From Limisphaerales bacterium (GTDB lineage: Bacteria; Patescibacteriota; Microgenomatia; UBA1400; PJMF01), in NCBI GenBank assembly GCA_044350895.1, contig JBILGT010000001.1, positions 41,874-105,873 of the forward strand: a DNA stretch of 64,000 nt, in the 5' to 3' direction. Below the pieces are notes generated by a model. The model was not told the origin of the DNA, did no database searches, and saw nothing but the letters and a program-made list of their open reading frames with translations. Every line of letters starts with the position of its first letter. Position 1 is the first letter of the stretch. Position numbers and translations under genes: made by a program. Shown one piece after another: positions 8,630 to 17,654 of this stretch.

Positions 8630-8968
8630 ATGATACTGAGCAAAACAGAACCATATTCTTCTGAAGAAATAACAGAACTTGCAGTGCAGTTTGAAGTCTA
8701 TATTAAAACTGTAATAGATATCCAAAAGAGAATTTGCATTGCTGGAATGGATCGTCATTTTGAAGGTGAACAGATTTTGTTATCCAAGGGTTCTAAGCAA
8801 AGTGATTTATGGGGTGGTGGTATAGATTTAGTGACTAAAGAAATTGATTTCAATTCTTTTATAAACATTCGCCCTCGAGATAATAACACCAAAAACGAGA
8901 TTCAAAGCGAAGAAATTAAAAAGATATATTTAGAACTATCTCAGTATTTTTTTAAGGAGTTAGTATGA
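8630..8968 (+). CDS. Hypothetical protein in the AT-rich islet
   Basis: 112-aa ORF. Its stop overlaps the next start (ATGA). No confident family assignment. Confidence 0.35.
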   Translation: MILSKTEPYSSEEITELAVQFEVYIKTVIDIQKRICIAGMDRHFEGEQILLSKGSKQSDLWGGGIDLVTKEIDFNSFINIRPRDNNTKNEIQSEEIKKIYLELSQYFFKELV

Positions 8969-9240
8969 CAGATGCAAAAATGTTAGTAGGCTCACTCTCA
9001 AATGACTTATTTCGAGTTGCAAGTTTATCTCAACGTGGATCAAAAAAAGCTGCAAGTCGTTTCTTGACTGAGGCACAGCGTTGGTCAAAAGATCTAGAAA
9101 ATCTTGAACTAGCCAGTTACATCACCAAGCTGGCTGCCGATATTTCTAGTCGTGATGCATCAGATACATCGCTGGCTTCTGCTGAGCGGTACCTTATGTA
9201 CGGAGTTCTGTTGCAAAACTATGCTCTGCACAGTAAATAG
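8965..9240 (+). CDS. Hypothetical helical protein with weak resemblance to the four-helix-bundle (23S rRNA IVS / Avd-like, PF05635) family
   Basis: RGSKKAASRFLTEAQRWSKDLENLELAS resembles the AEGxxRxSKKEFxxFLxIARGSLxELETxLxLA consensus. The match is weak. Confidence 0.3.
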   Translation: MTDAKMLVGSLSNDLFRVASLSQRGSKKAASRFLTEAQRWSKDLENLELASYITKLAADISSRDASDTSLASAERYLMYGVLLQNYALHSK

Positions 9241-9250
9241 GTTGCAACAT

Positions 9251-9271
9251 CCTTCACAAAGCCCTGCAAAA
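9251..9271 (+). repeat. Partial direct repeat of the tRNA-Trp 3' end (TCCTTC...GCCCTGCAAA); candidate attachment-site scar bounding the AT-rich islet
   Basis: The 10-mer GCCCTGCAAA and the upstream TCCTTC occur both at the tRNA-Trp 3' end (7955-7972) and at 9251-9270, exactly at the downstream edge of the low-GC segment. Confidence 0.3.
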
Positions 9272-9274
9272 TTC

Positions 9275-9808
9275 CTAAAACGGATACCCCTTTAATCCTT
9301 GAATGCCTTTGAGCACCGCAACTTCACCCATAATAGAGTAGGCATGACCACTGATCATGTTGGCAATAAAGTCATACACTTTACGTGTTCCCATGCCGAA
9401 TGCACTCATATCAACATCTTTTTCCAAGTCTTCATCAGTCAATGTCGCAACATATGCTTCACTTGCTTCCTGAACTGCCTTGGAATATTCACGGAATTGA
9501 GCCATATCCACTTGTACTGATCTCAGCCACTTGGGATATGCACTTTCCCACTCAGTAGGTTGGAGCTCACTGGCACCGGTTTTGTCTTTGAACGTAGTTT
9601 CAAATAACGGTTGAGTTTTTTTTAGAAAACCGTGAACAAAAAAATCTTCTGAAAATATGAGGTGTGCGTAGGTTCCCGCAATTGGATTTGCTGTCCCGGG
9701 TGGCTTAAAGGCTGCCACTGCATCAGTCACGCCATCCATTGTTTGGTCAAGTGCGGAGTGAGTTGCTTTCAGTTGCGTCAAGAGGGTTTGGGTGGCGAGA
9801 TTGTTCAT
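9275..9808 (-). CDS. DinB/YfiT-like (DinB_2 superfamily) metal-dependent protein
   Basis: Four-helix DinB-like pattern. The HLIFSEDFF motif resembles DinB_2 HxxxxEDFW. Confidence 0.5.
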   Translation of the reverse strand: MNNLATQTLLTQLKATHSALDQTMDGVTDAVAAFKPPGTANPIAGTYAHLIFSEDFFVHGFLKKTQPLFETTFKDKTGASELQPTEWESAYPKWLRSVQVDMAQFREYSKAVQEASEAYVATLTDEDLEKDVDMSAFGMGTRKVYDFIANMISGHAYSIMGEVAVLKGIQGLKGYPF

Positions 9809-10060
9809 ATCCGATCATTATACAAAATTTTTGCGCTGTTTTAATCTACCAACTCTGGGTAGAATCTCTCCACTACAAAATGAAATGCTTCTCCAAATTT
9901 TTCAGGATGGTCGCGTAGTTCAATTCTCAGTTCTGTCATTGAGAATTTTTTGTATGTTACGGATTCATGATTAAGCTGGGGTTCAGCATCAGAATAGATT
10001 TCAAATAGTAAAAAAAAGTGATTTTCTTTTCTGCCAATTACGGTACGATTTAAAATAGCT

Positions 10061-10616
10061 TTGCCAAAGAATTTGTGCTCAAAATCAGTAATGCCAGTTT
10101 CTTCTACAATGCAAGATATGAGAAGAAATGTTGCATTAGGAATTTTTGGAGTTGCTGTTGTAGGTCTAGCAATTGGTTACCTAATTGTTAGTGGAAATGA
10201 TCGCTCAGAAACTCAGGTCGCAGTTCTACAAGTGCAAAGTACTCCACCCACGGATTTATAAAACTGGTGCCACACAAAAAGGGCAGACAGAACTGTATGA
10301 TGGCGTATTACTTGTTTTTGAAGTAGTGGATTTACAAGGAAGTACTTTAGAGAAATGGCTGGATACGCATATTCAAGAATCTACTGCCGATGGCACACTC
10401 CAAGTGACACAACCTAAAAAAGCAGTGACTCTTAATGGTCAGCCTGGGTTTGTGTATTCCACTCGCGGTCTGGGTGAGTCAACCAACTATATTATTCAAA
10501 AAAATGCCCAATCTCCTCAAGCTCTCAGTATCACTATGCTTGTAGCAGATCCTGAAAACATTGATTTTCAAGCAGAAGTTGCTGCTATTCTTGCAAATAT
10601 TTCACTCCTCAAATAG
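10061..10616 (+). pseudogene. Membrane-anchored protein interrupted by a +1 frameshift in a C-rich tract (around 10244-10253); pseudogene, sequencing error or recoding
   Basis: ORF A (10061-10261) encodes a TM anchor and an STPPTDL linker, then stops. ORF B (TTG at 10185 to 10616) continues in the +1 frame with a 140-aa soluble domain. A single-base indel in ACTCCACCCACGG would join them (...VLQVQSTPP-RIYKTGATQ...). Confidence 0.4.
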
Positions 10617-10659
10617 AACGAAATTATTTGGTGTATGAGTATTAGTATATAATACCCCG

Positions 10660-11094
10660 ATGACAGAAAGCTTGAATTATCAACCTACTGCTGCTGATTT
10701 AGAAAATTTGCATGAAAGAGGTATCACTTTAGAAGAAGTATTGAGCTGTGATTGGCCCACTCCAGAAGAATTAGATGTATTTACACAATTTGGTGGAACG
10801 CTCATTGACGCAATACTTTTGACCAGTGTAAAAGCTAATATTTTAGATGCATTAGGACAAATGGTACCGATTCGATATCAGCTTGTTGAAATTCCTCTTA
10901 CCACTGAAATGCTCTCCGAAAGACAAACTAACTTTATTTATTTACTACTCCGTTACACGTCAGGAAATCCTTATTTTCCAAGCGGGTTTACACGAGCAGA
11001 TGCTGAACACATTTTACAAATCGTACAAAATACTCCGTGGACACCTGAAAATTTTAATGAACAGTACGACTTGATTGCGTCACTAGTGCAGTAG
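10660..11094 (+). CDS. Hypothetical protein
   Basis: 144-aa ORF with no recognisable motif. Confidence 0.4.
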   Translation: MTESLNYQPTAADLENLHERGITLEEVLSCDWPTPEELDVFTQFGGTLIDAILLTSVKANILDALGQMVPIRYQLVEIPLTTEMLSERQTNFIYLLLRYTSGNPYFPSGFTRADAEHILQIVQNTPWTPENFNEQYDLIASLVQ

Positions 11095-11194
11095 CAACTT
11101 TTTATTCCATATCACATTCTTACATAAACCATATCTGGCTTTGCAGTTGAAACAAGATGCAAATAAGGACTATTTTTAGTTTTAAAATCTTGGA

Positions 11195-11223
11195 AAAGAG
11201 GCGCCGCAGGGCGCCTCTTTTGC
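11195..11223 (+). terminator. Rho-independent terminator (AAGAGGCGCC-GCAG-GGCGCCTCTT + TTTG)
   Basis: A 10-bp perfect GC-rich hairpin with a T-run, between 11094 and 11252. Confidence 0.7.
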
Positions 11224-11251
11224 TGTGGTATACTTTCAAAATTGAAAGAAA

Positions 11252-11860
11252 GTGCTCATGAAACAACTCGAAATTAAATACGCTCCCGCAATTGGTTTAA
11301 ATAAAGATGGTGCAGTGGACTACTTTTGGAGTGACAAACCTCGTGAACTGGGTGTCATAGATACGGTTGTCATTCACTCAATGTGGAATCCAGGTGGTTC
11401 GCCTGCAGAGCGCTATGATGCCACTGCCTGTGTTGCACTATTAATGAGTACAAACGAAGGGTATTCTTGTCACTATTTTATTGATAAAGATGGAGTAGTG
11501 TGGCAATCTGTAGATGAAGTCCGAATGGCGTGGCATGCAGGCAAAAGCATGATGCCACATCCCGACAATCGACCAGCAGTAAATAAGTTTAGTGTGGGTG
11601 TAGAACTGATTGGTAATGAAATTGATGGATTTACGATTGATCAATATCACTCACTGGTTGGACTCATCGCGCAAATGCTTGGTCGTATGCCGATCCAAAA
11701 TATAGTAGGGCACAGTGACATTGCCGGACCTGAAATACGTCCTGACGAACCTAAGACTGATCCGTGGAATTTTGACTGGCTCCTGTTTGCAACAATGCTT
11801 GAAAAAGTAATTGAAGAGCAATTTAAAGATATTAAAATGGTTGGAAAAATATCCAGATAA
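11252..11860 (+). CDS. N-acetylmuramoyl-L-alanine amidase (Amidase_2/PGRP, AmpD-like)
   Basis: VIHSMWNP, HYFIDKDGVVWQ, AWHAGKS, VGVELIGNE and GHSDIAG are typical of zinc amidase_2. Confidence 0.75.
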   Translation: MLMKQLEIKYAPAIGLNKDGAVDYFWSDKPRELGVIDTVVIHSMWNPGGSPAERYDATACVALLMSTNEGYSCHYFIDKDGVVWQSVDEVRMAWHAGKSMMPHPDNRPAVNKFSVGVELIGNEIDGFTIDQYHSLVGLIAQMLGRMPIQNIVGHSDIAGPEIRPDEPKTDPWNFDWLLFATMLEKVIEEQFKDIKMVGKISR

Positions 11861-11873
11861 TAGTTAGTCCTCT

Positions 11874-12212
11874 ATGTCCTCACAACAGACCACAGTAGAT
11901 TTTATTTGTGAACAAATGGCTGGTGCGGGAGTACTTACCTCGCGAAAAATGTTTGGTGAATATGCCATTTACTGTGACGGCAAAGTCGTGGCATTTGTCT
12001 GTGATGATGAACTTTTTATAAAGCCAACTGAAGCGGGTAGGGCATATATAAAAAATGTCGAAGAAAAACCTGCGTATCCCGGTTCAAAACTATATTTTTG
12101 GATTTCTGGTGAATTGTGGGATGATCGAGATTGGCTGTGTAAATTAATCACCGTTACTGCAGCAGCACTACCAACTCCAAAACTGAAGATTAATAAACTG
12201 AAAAAATCATAG
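11874..12212 (+). CDS. TfoX/Sxy N-terminal domain protein
   Basis: MFGEYAIYCDGKVVAFVCDDELFIK matches the TfoX_N consensus (MFGGxxxYxxGKMFALVxDDxLYLK). Confidence 0.65.
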   Translation: MSSQQTTVDFICEQMAGAGVLTSRKMFGEYAIYCDGKVVAFVCDDELFIKPTEAGRAYIKNVEEKPAYPGSKLYFWISGELWDDRDWLCKLITVTAAALPTPKLKINKLKKS

Positions 12213-12361
12213 CCTACTTGCCAGTACACCTTACGCATTTCATACTTTTTTTGTCTAGTGGTCTTCTGGATGCTCGTTAAATTGTTCTAACTTCCGACTT
12301 AGTTTCCAGATATGCAGGGCTACTCACTGAGGTATGCTACAATGAGTGAAACGAGCATTTC

Positions 12362-12670
12362 ATGCAACAAAAAAGTACGTTGGTGTGGATCAGCATTTTG
12401 TTTATAGTAGCAGTAGCCGCACTGATAGCGGGGTATTTGTTGGGTACAAATAGACCAGTCAATAGTGGCCCAGTTTCTACTCCACAATCTTCCATTTCTC
12501 CTACAATTTCGCCAGCCACACAACAGCCTGAAGCAACACCAATTGTTGCACCCAACCCCGAAGAAGGTGTGGCATGCACAATGGATGTAAAACTGTGCCC
12601 TGATGGAAGTGCTGTGGGTAGAAGTGGTCCAAACTGTGAATTTGATCCATGTCCTGGTGAATCTCGGTAG
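12362..12670 (+). CDS. Small secreted or anchored protein with a Pro/Ser/Thr linker and a C-terminal 4-Cys domain
   Basis: N-terminal TM/signal. C-terminus CTMDVKLCPDGSAVGRSGPNCEFDPCPGE. Confidence 0.4.
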   Translation: MQQKSTLVWISILFIVAVAALIAGYLLGTNRPVNSGPVSTPQSSISPTISPATQQPEATPIVAPNPEEGVACTMDVKLCPDGSAVGRSGPNCEFDPCPGESR

Positions 12671-12761
12671 TATAAGAATGTGAAAAAATCCTCAAAGATG
12701 AGGATTTGCATCTTGGTGGAGATACAGTAGAATCAGCGGATAAGAAAATCGAAGGAGTAGT

Positions 12762-13523
12762 ATGGTAGATTCAGCAAATACTCAAGTTGGAGCAGTCATC
12801 TTGGCGGCTGGCAAGGGCTCTCGATTGAAGTCAACTACTCAGAATAAAGTAACAATTCCCCTTGGTGGTAAACCAATGATTCAGTGGTCAGTCGAGCGTA
12901 TCCGTGCAGCTGGCGTACAAGAAGTTGTCGTGGTTGTTGGTTTTGCTCGTGAATCAGTAGAAGCAGTTCTCACTGACTCAGTTACATATGCCACAGAAGA
13001 AGAACAGCTTGGTACTGGTCATGCGGCATGGATAGGTGAAAAAAAGCTATCTGACAATGTCACACAGCTATTTGTTATGTATGGTGACCACTCCGCATTT
13101 TATCCACCAGCATTTTATAAAAAACTATTACAAACTCATCAAGAGCGAAAGAATGCTATCACGCTGGTTTCCATGGAGTACGACAAACCTTCAGAACTAG
13201 CCTGGGGGAGAATCATTAGAAATGAAGCTGATGATGTTATTGCGATTGTAGAAGAGAAAGAAGCATCTGAAGAACAGAAAAAAATTCAGGAACTAAACGC
13301 TGGACTCTACGTTTTTGATCGCTCAGTTATTACACAAGGATACTCCACGCTCAAACCACAATCGGGTGGTGAGTACTACATCACAGATTTAATTGCCTAC
13401 TGCGTGCAGAATGGCAAGCGAGTGGGTGCCGTGATTGCAGCACAGAATGAAGTAGGGATTGGGGTTAATACTCCCGATCAGAAAATTGCTGCAACAGCAC
13501 TTTTTGAGGAAGTAAATAAATAG
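12762..13523 (+). CDS. Sugar-1-phosphate nucleotidyltransferase, stand-alone GlmU N-domain-like
   Basis: AVILAAGKGSRLKS...KVTIPLGGKPMIQ matches GlmU LAAGKGTRM...L.GK.M.Q. 253 aa with no L-beta-H acetyltransferase domain. Confidence 0.65.
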   Translation: MVDSANTQVGAVILAAGKGSRLKSTTQNKVTIPLGGKPMIQWSVERIRAAGVQEVVVVVGFARESVEAVLTDSVTYATEEEQLGTGHAAWIGEKKLSDNVTQLFVMYGDHSAFYPPAFYKKLLQTHQERKNAITLVSMEYDKPSELAWGRIIRNEADDVIAIVEEKEASEEQKKIQELNAGLYVFDRSVITQGYSTLKPQSGGEYYITDLIAYCVQNGKRVGAVIAAQNEVGIGVNTPDQKIAATALFEEVNK

Positions 13524-13524
13524 A

Positions 13525-14424
13525 ATGAGAGAAAAACTTTTACCTGGAGAAATTTGGCATGGAATGCATGAAAAAGGCGATTCAGCCGATGCTTCTGATG
13601 CTGCCGCTAATGAACTTGCAGCTATTGATACCAAAGGTTTTACTGATCGAACTGTGGCGCATGATCACGCAGAGTATGCACGTATTGCATTCGTGACTGC
13701 GTTAAGTGCCGTCAAAAAATCCAAAGATTGGACGACTGCACGCACCTATCTGCAGCGCGCCGTAAACATTGCTGGTACTACATATCCCTTTGCTGAAACA
13801 GCAGAACTAGCTCGTCTCAAAGGCACATACTGGGAAGGTGAGCCAGGTAGCGAGTCAGCCCAATTACAATGTGTCCGTGATGTCTTAGGCCTTTCAAAAC
13901 TACTCTATATACTGTATCCCACACAAGAAATATTGGATTGGTTGGTGGCAGTTGAAAGTGTACTTACAAGTATCGCTGAAGAAAATAGTGAACGTCATGC
14001 ATTGATTTTTGTGATTGAAAACGGTGCCTATGGCTCAGCACTCCTTGCTTACAAAAAATACAAGGAACTGCATGGGACTGTGGGTAGAGAACTGTATTCT
14101 GCTGAAGAGACTAGTGCTGTTACCACGCGTATGATGGGACGAGCGGTTGATGCGGGAGATTTTAGAACACTGTTTGCAGTGTATGTCGATCTAGGTACAG
14201 TTGCTCTGAAAAAACCATCGCTTAAAAAATTCATCTTTGTTGAATTAATCAAAAATCACTCTGCTGTATTTAAAGATCGCTTCATTGCTAGGAAATTGGC
14301 GAAGTGGCGTGACTCAGCAAGTGAAGATACTCAAACACTTGCTGAAATCTCTGAGTTGCTTAGAAATAAGTATATTGGACTGGGTGGGAGCACAACTTCT
14401 ACAAACGATTTCGCCTCTGTATAG
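13525..14424 (+). CDS. Hypothetical protein
   Basis: 299-aa ORF immediately after the nucleotidyltransferase, with a 1-nt spacer. Confidence 0.4.
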   Translation: MREKLLPGEIWHGMHEKGDSADASDAAANELAAIDTKGFTDRTVAHDHAEYARIAFVTALSAVKKSKDWTTARTYLQRAVNIAGTTYPFAETAELARLKGTYWEGEPGSESAQLQCVRDVLGLSKLLYILYPTQEILDWLVAVESVLTSIAEENSERHALIFVIENGAYGSALLAYKKYKELHGTVGRELYSAEETSAVTTRMMGRAVDAGDFRTLFAVYVDLGTVALKKPSLKKFIFVELIKNHSAVFKDRFIARKLAKWRDSASEDTQTLAEISELLRNKYIGLGGSTTSTNDFASV

Positions 14425-14512
14425 ATCAAAAACCCCCATTTGAATAGAGGTCTTTTATGTGTGCATGCTTGTATTTTTGGCAAAGGAAGTGTGTGAATGG
14501 TATACTAAATAT

Positions 14513-14977
14513 ATGAACGTTATTGATCCCAATAATCCCACAGTTCCTGTTACAGACCAGTCTGCAGAAGTTGTGGAGGCTACACCAACTCAACTGGAAA
14601 TGAACTACGCTCGCACTGATGTCCCGCCAAGTGCAACAGAAGCTCTTGATGAAAAAAGTTGGGCAATGGCAGCACACTTGGGTGGTTTGGCTGGATACAT
14701 GATTCCATTTGGTAATATCATTGCTCCAGTGGTAATCTGGCAGATGAAGAAAGACCAATCAGGTTTTATTACAGAACACGCTAAAGAAGCGGTAAACTTT
14801 CAAATTACAATGATGATAGCAGCAGCTATTTCAGCACTGTTGATGCTCGTCGTAATAGGTATATTTCTAATGTTCGCAGTGGTTATTGTGGATATTATTT
14901 TTATAATCATGGCTTCGATTGCCGCCAATAAGGGTGAACAATATCGCTATCCACTTTCGATTCGATTTATTAAATAG
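14513..14977 (+). CDS. DUF4870-family membrane protein
   Basis: WAMAAHLGGLAGYMIPFGNIIAPVVIWQMKKDQSGFITEHAKEAVNFQIT matches the DUF4870 core (...FGNIIGPLIVWLxKKDxxFVxFHxKESLNFQIS). The start is chosen at MNVIDP; the track ORF starts at 14459. Confidence 0.6.
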   Translation: MNVIDPNNPTVPVTDQSAEVVEATPTQLEMNYARTDVPPSATEALDEKSWAMAAHLGGLAGYMIPFGNIIAPVVIWQMKKDQSGFITEHAKEAVNFQITMMIAAAISALLMLVVIGIFLMFAVVIVDIIFIIMASIAANKGEQYRYPLSIRFIK

Positions 14978-14981
14978 AAAT

Positions 14982-15830
14982 TTAGATAAAATATTTCAGC
15001 AGTGAAGGAGCTTCAGCGTATGGTGAACCTTTAATCAAAGGTGCATCGTGCAGTTCAGCTATGTGATCGGTGTAGGTGGGTTTTTCAACTTGGTAAATTA
15101 CACCGATTGGAAATTTTTCCTGCATGGGTTCTTGAGCTAGATGCAGTGCTGCTTGGAAGTCTGCTGGGTTGTGGTCTTTGAGTTGATAGGTTTTCTGGAA
15201 GTAGTAGCCATAGGTATTTACTTTATTAAACGTGACACACGGTTGCAGTACATTGATGACTGACAAACCGCGGTGCTGCATACCTGCTGTAATAATTTGT
15301 GAGAGCTGTGGAAGATTGCCCGCAAATGCCTGGGCAACAAAAGTAGCTCCTTGTGTTATTGCGAGTAACAACGCATAGACAGGACTTTCGATAATGCCAT
15401 CTGGCGTTGTTTTTGATTTAAAGCCTTGATGTGCAGCAGGGGAAGATTGACCTTTGGTCAGGCCATATACTCCGTTGTCATGAATAATCATAGTAATGTC
15501 ATGATTACCGCGACAGGCGTGTAGAAAATGATTACCACCTTCACCATACAGCGCACCATCACCGCCAATGACAACGACAGGCATTTCGTGATTGGCAATT
15601 TTACAACCGACTGCATTGGCGAGTGAACGTCCATGCAGTGTATGCATAGAACTTGCATTCAAAAAGTCATTCATGTTGCCCGAACAGCCAATATCAAACA
15701 TCACATTTACAGTGGATGGATCGTGTCCTTGTTCAGAAAAAGAGTTCATGATGGCACGACCAATACTCCAGTTGCCACAACCAGGACACCAAGTGGGAGT
15801 GTAGCCAGAAAAGTCTTGAACTGTTGCCAT
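14982..15830 (-). CDS. korB: 2-oxoacid:ferredoxin oxidoreductase, beta (TPP-binding) subunit
   Basis: TPTWCPGCGN and a TPP-binding GDG...N region. Confidence 0.8.
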   Translation of the reverse strand: MATVQDFSGYTPTWCPGCGNWSIGRAIMNSFSEQGHDPSTVNVMFDIGCSGNMNDFLNASSMHTLHGRSLANAVGCKIANHEMPVVVIGGDGALYGEGGNHFLHACRGNHDITMIIHDNGVYGLTKGQSSPAAHQGFKSKTTPDGIIESPVYALLLAITQGATFVAQAFAGNLPQLSQIITAGMQHRGLSVINVLQPCVTFNKVNTYGYYFQKTYQLKDHNPADFQAALHLAQEPMQEKFPIGVIYQVEKPTYTDHIAELHDAPLIKGSPYAEAPSLLKYFI

Positions 15831-15836
15831 AATTTC

Positions 15837-17654
15837 CTATTGTTGATTACTAATTGTATGTACTGCCTCAACGACTTCTTCAGTGAAAATTGGTCGGCCG
15901 TCATACTTCAAAAGTTTGTGTGGTGTGTCAAAACCAGTGGCCATTTTCAGTAAAAGTCCAAACTGACCAGTCGCATTATTTTCGATTTGAATATAGGGCT
16001 TATCATACTCAAAAAGTGATTTGATAGCTTCTGTATGCAGTGGATAGACGTGCGTAAAATGAATGTACGCAACTTGTTTACCTTGATTGCCGAGTTGTTC
16101 CATTGCATCAAGAATGGCACCTTTATTGCCGCCCCATGAAAAGAGAATTGTTTGAGCTCCACCGAGGTCACCATAGACTGTGGGCGCTGAAAAATGATTA
16201 CTGAAATAAGTTTCGATCTTTCGGGAACGCTTATCCACTTGGTCTTTGCGCACAACTGCATCTTCAGTGGTGTGAGAATCGGGTAGATGCTCATATGAGT
16301 TGGCTTGGTACCAGACACCTTTTTGACCGGGGATAAGACGTGGTGAAATGCCATCATCAGTAACCGCATAGCGATGATATGGCAACTCAGTTGCTTCACT
16401 AATTGTCTTCCCGCGATTAATAGGTTGCTGCATGATAGTTTCCAACTTAGCGAGTGGAATACTATAGTGGGATTCAGAAAGCACTTTGTCAGAGAGCACA
16501 ATGACTGGGGTTTGATAAATATCAGCAAGGTCGAATGCTTTCATGGTGAGATCGAGCATTTCTTCAGGATCTCCTGGGGCTAAGACAATTTTAGGGAATT
16601 CGCCGTGACCAGCAAAAGCGGCAAAGAGGAGATCACCTTGCTCAGTCCATGTTGGCATACCTGTCGCGGGTCCTGGGCGTTGAGCTACAAACACAACGAG
16701 TGGTTGTTCAGCAATTCCAGCGTAGGAAAGTGTTTCTGCCATCAAGGCAAAACCACCACCAGAAGAACCTGTCGCAGCGCGAACGCCGGCAAATGATGCG
16801 CCTAATGTTTCGTTGACCACACCAATTTCATCTTCTGCATGTCGGACCACCATACCAGTTTTGTGTTGCCATCCTGCGAGAATTTCTAAAACAGATGAAG
16901 ACGGTGACATTGGGTAGGCTGCGTAAAATCGGCAATCTGCAGCAACAGCTCCAAGTGCAAATGAATCATTACCTGCGATCACCGTGCGAGCTTCAGGGTT
17001 TTCAATGTAGGTGAGGATAGGCGTTACGTACTCACTAAAGTGTTCTTTCACATACTCAAAGCCAGTGCGAGCACAAGTAATATTAAGCGTAACAACATCG
17101 TCGCCTTTTTTCTTGAATTGGTCAGTAATCATGCCGTTGAGAATATCTTCTTTGCCATCGAGAAGGGCATAGCTGGCACCCAAACTAATCATGTTGACCA
17201 TGATTTTGTCAGCTTTCAAGCCTGCCAGTAGTTCTTGAAATGGTACACCGATGCGTTTGGCATCAGTGACAGGTTCAAATTGGCCAGGGTCATAGAGTAG
17301 TAAACTTTCAGGAGTAAGTCGTGAGCTATGGAGCGTGAATGTTTCTTCATTAAAACAAACCAAACAATCAATCACAAATTTAATCATGCGGACAGGGTCT
17401 TTACTGATATTGACCTCATAGGTGTTGTGACCACCTTTAATCAAAGAAGGATATTCGCCGTAATCAAAGATGTGATAGCCAGAGCGAGTAGCAAGTTTAC
17501 TGAGTGACAAGCCAGTGGTCATCACGCCCAATCCAGCTGGAGCACCAATTTTCCATAAAAAATGTCGTGGTTGTTGTGTCATTGTTGTATGTGGGTGCAC
17601 CGAATCACCCAAGAAATACTTTATGAGAGTGTTTTTGCTAATTGCGCTGCCCAT
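15837..17654 (-). CDS. korA: 2-oxoacid:ferredoxin oxidoreductase, fused gamma-alpha subunit (two-subunit OFOR type)
   Basis: N-terminal gamma-like domain (IGAPAGLGVMTTG) followed by an alpha domain (GNDSFALGAVAADCRFYAAYPMSPSS). The true start is likely the internal Met at 17582, which removes the overlap with the flavodoxin gene. Confidence 0.8.
   Translation of the reverse strand: MGSAISKNTLIKYFLGDSVHPHTTMTQQPRHFLWKIGAPAGLGVMTTGLSLSKLATRSGYHIFDYGEYPSLIKGGHNTYEVNISKDPVRMIKFVIDCLVCFNEETFTLHSSRLTPESLLLYDPGQFEPVTDAKRIGVPFQELLAGLKADKIMVNMISLGASYALLDGKEDILNGMITDQFKKKGDDVVTLNITCARTGFEYVKEHFSEYVTPILTYIENPEARTVIAGNDSFALGAVAADCRFYAAYPMSPSSSVLEILAGWQHKTGMVVRHAEDEIGVVNETLGASFAGVRAATGSSGGGFALMAETLSYAGIAEQPLVVFVAQRPGPATGMPTWTEQGDLLFAAFAGHGEFPKIVLAPGDPEEMLDLTMKAFDLADIYQTPVIVLSDKVLSESHYSIPLAKLETIMQQPINRGKTISEATELPYHRYAVTDDGISPRLIPGQKGVWYQANSYEHLPDSHTTEDAVVRKDQVDKRSRKIETYFSNHFSAPTVYGDLGGAQTILFSWGGNKGAILDAMEQLGNQGKQVAYIHFTHVYPLHTEAIKSLFEYDKPYIQIENNATGQFGLLLKMATGFDTPHKLLKYDGRPIFTEEVVEAVHTISNQQ

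Noticed and set aside
8630-9240. Toxin-antitoxin (MNT/HEPN-like) interpretation of the overlapping 112-aa and 91-aa ORFs in the AT-rich islet
   Set aside because: The GS...D.D nucleotidyltransferase motif and the Rx4-6H HEPN motif are not actually present. Only the gene arrangement (small ORFs overlapping by ATGA) is suggestive, so this is left as hypothetical.
15947-16528. 193-aa minus-strand ORF in another frame inside korA; similar long alternate-frame or antisense ORFs at 1119-1508, 32945-33577, 30550-30978 and 57877-58449
   Set aside because: They lie entirely within confidently assigned genes with clear homology, and they have low-complexity, stop-avoiding composition typical of shadow ORFs. 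The annotated frame has motif-level support in each case.
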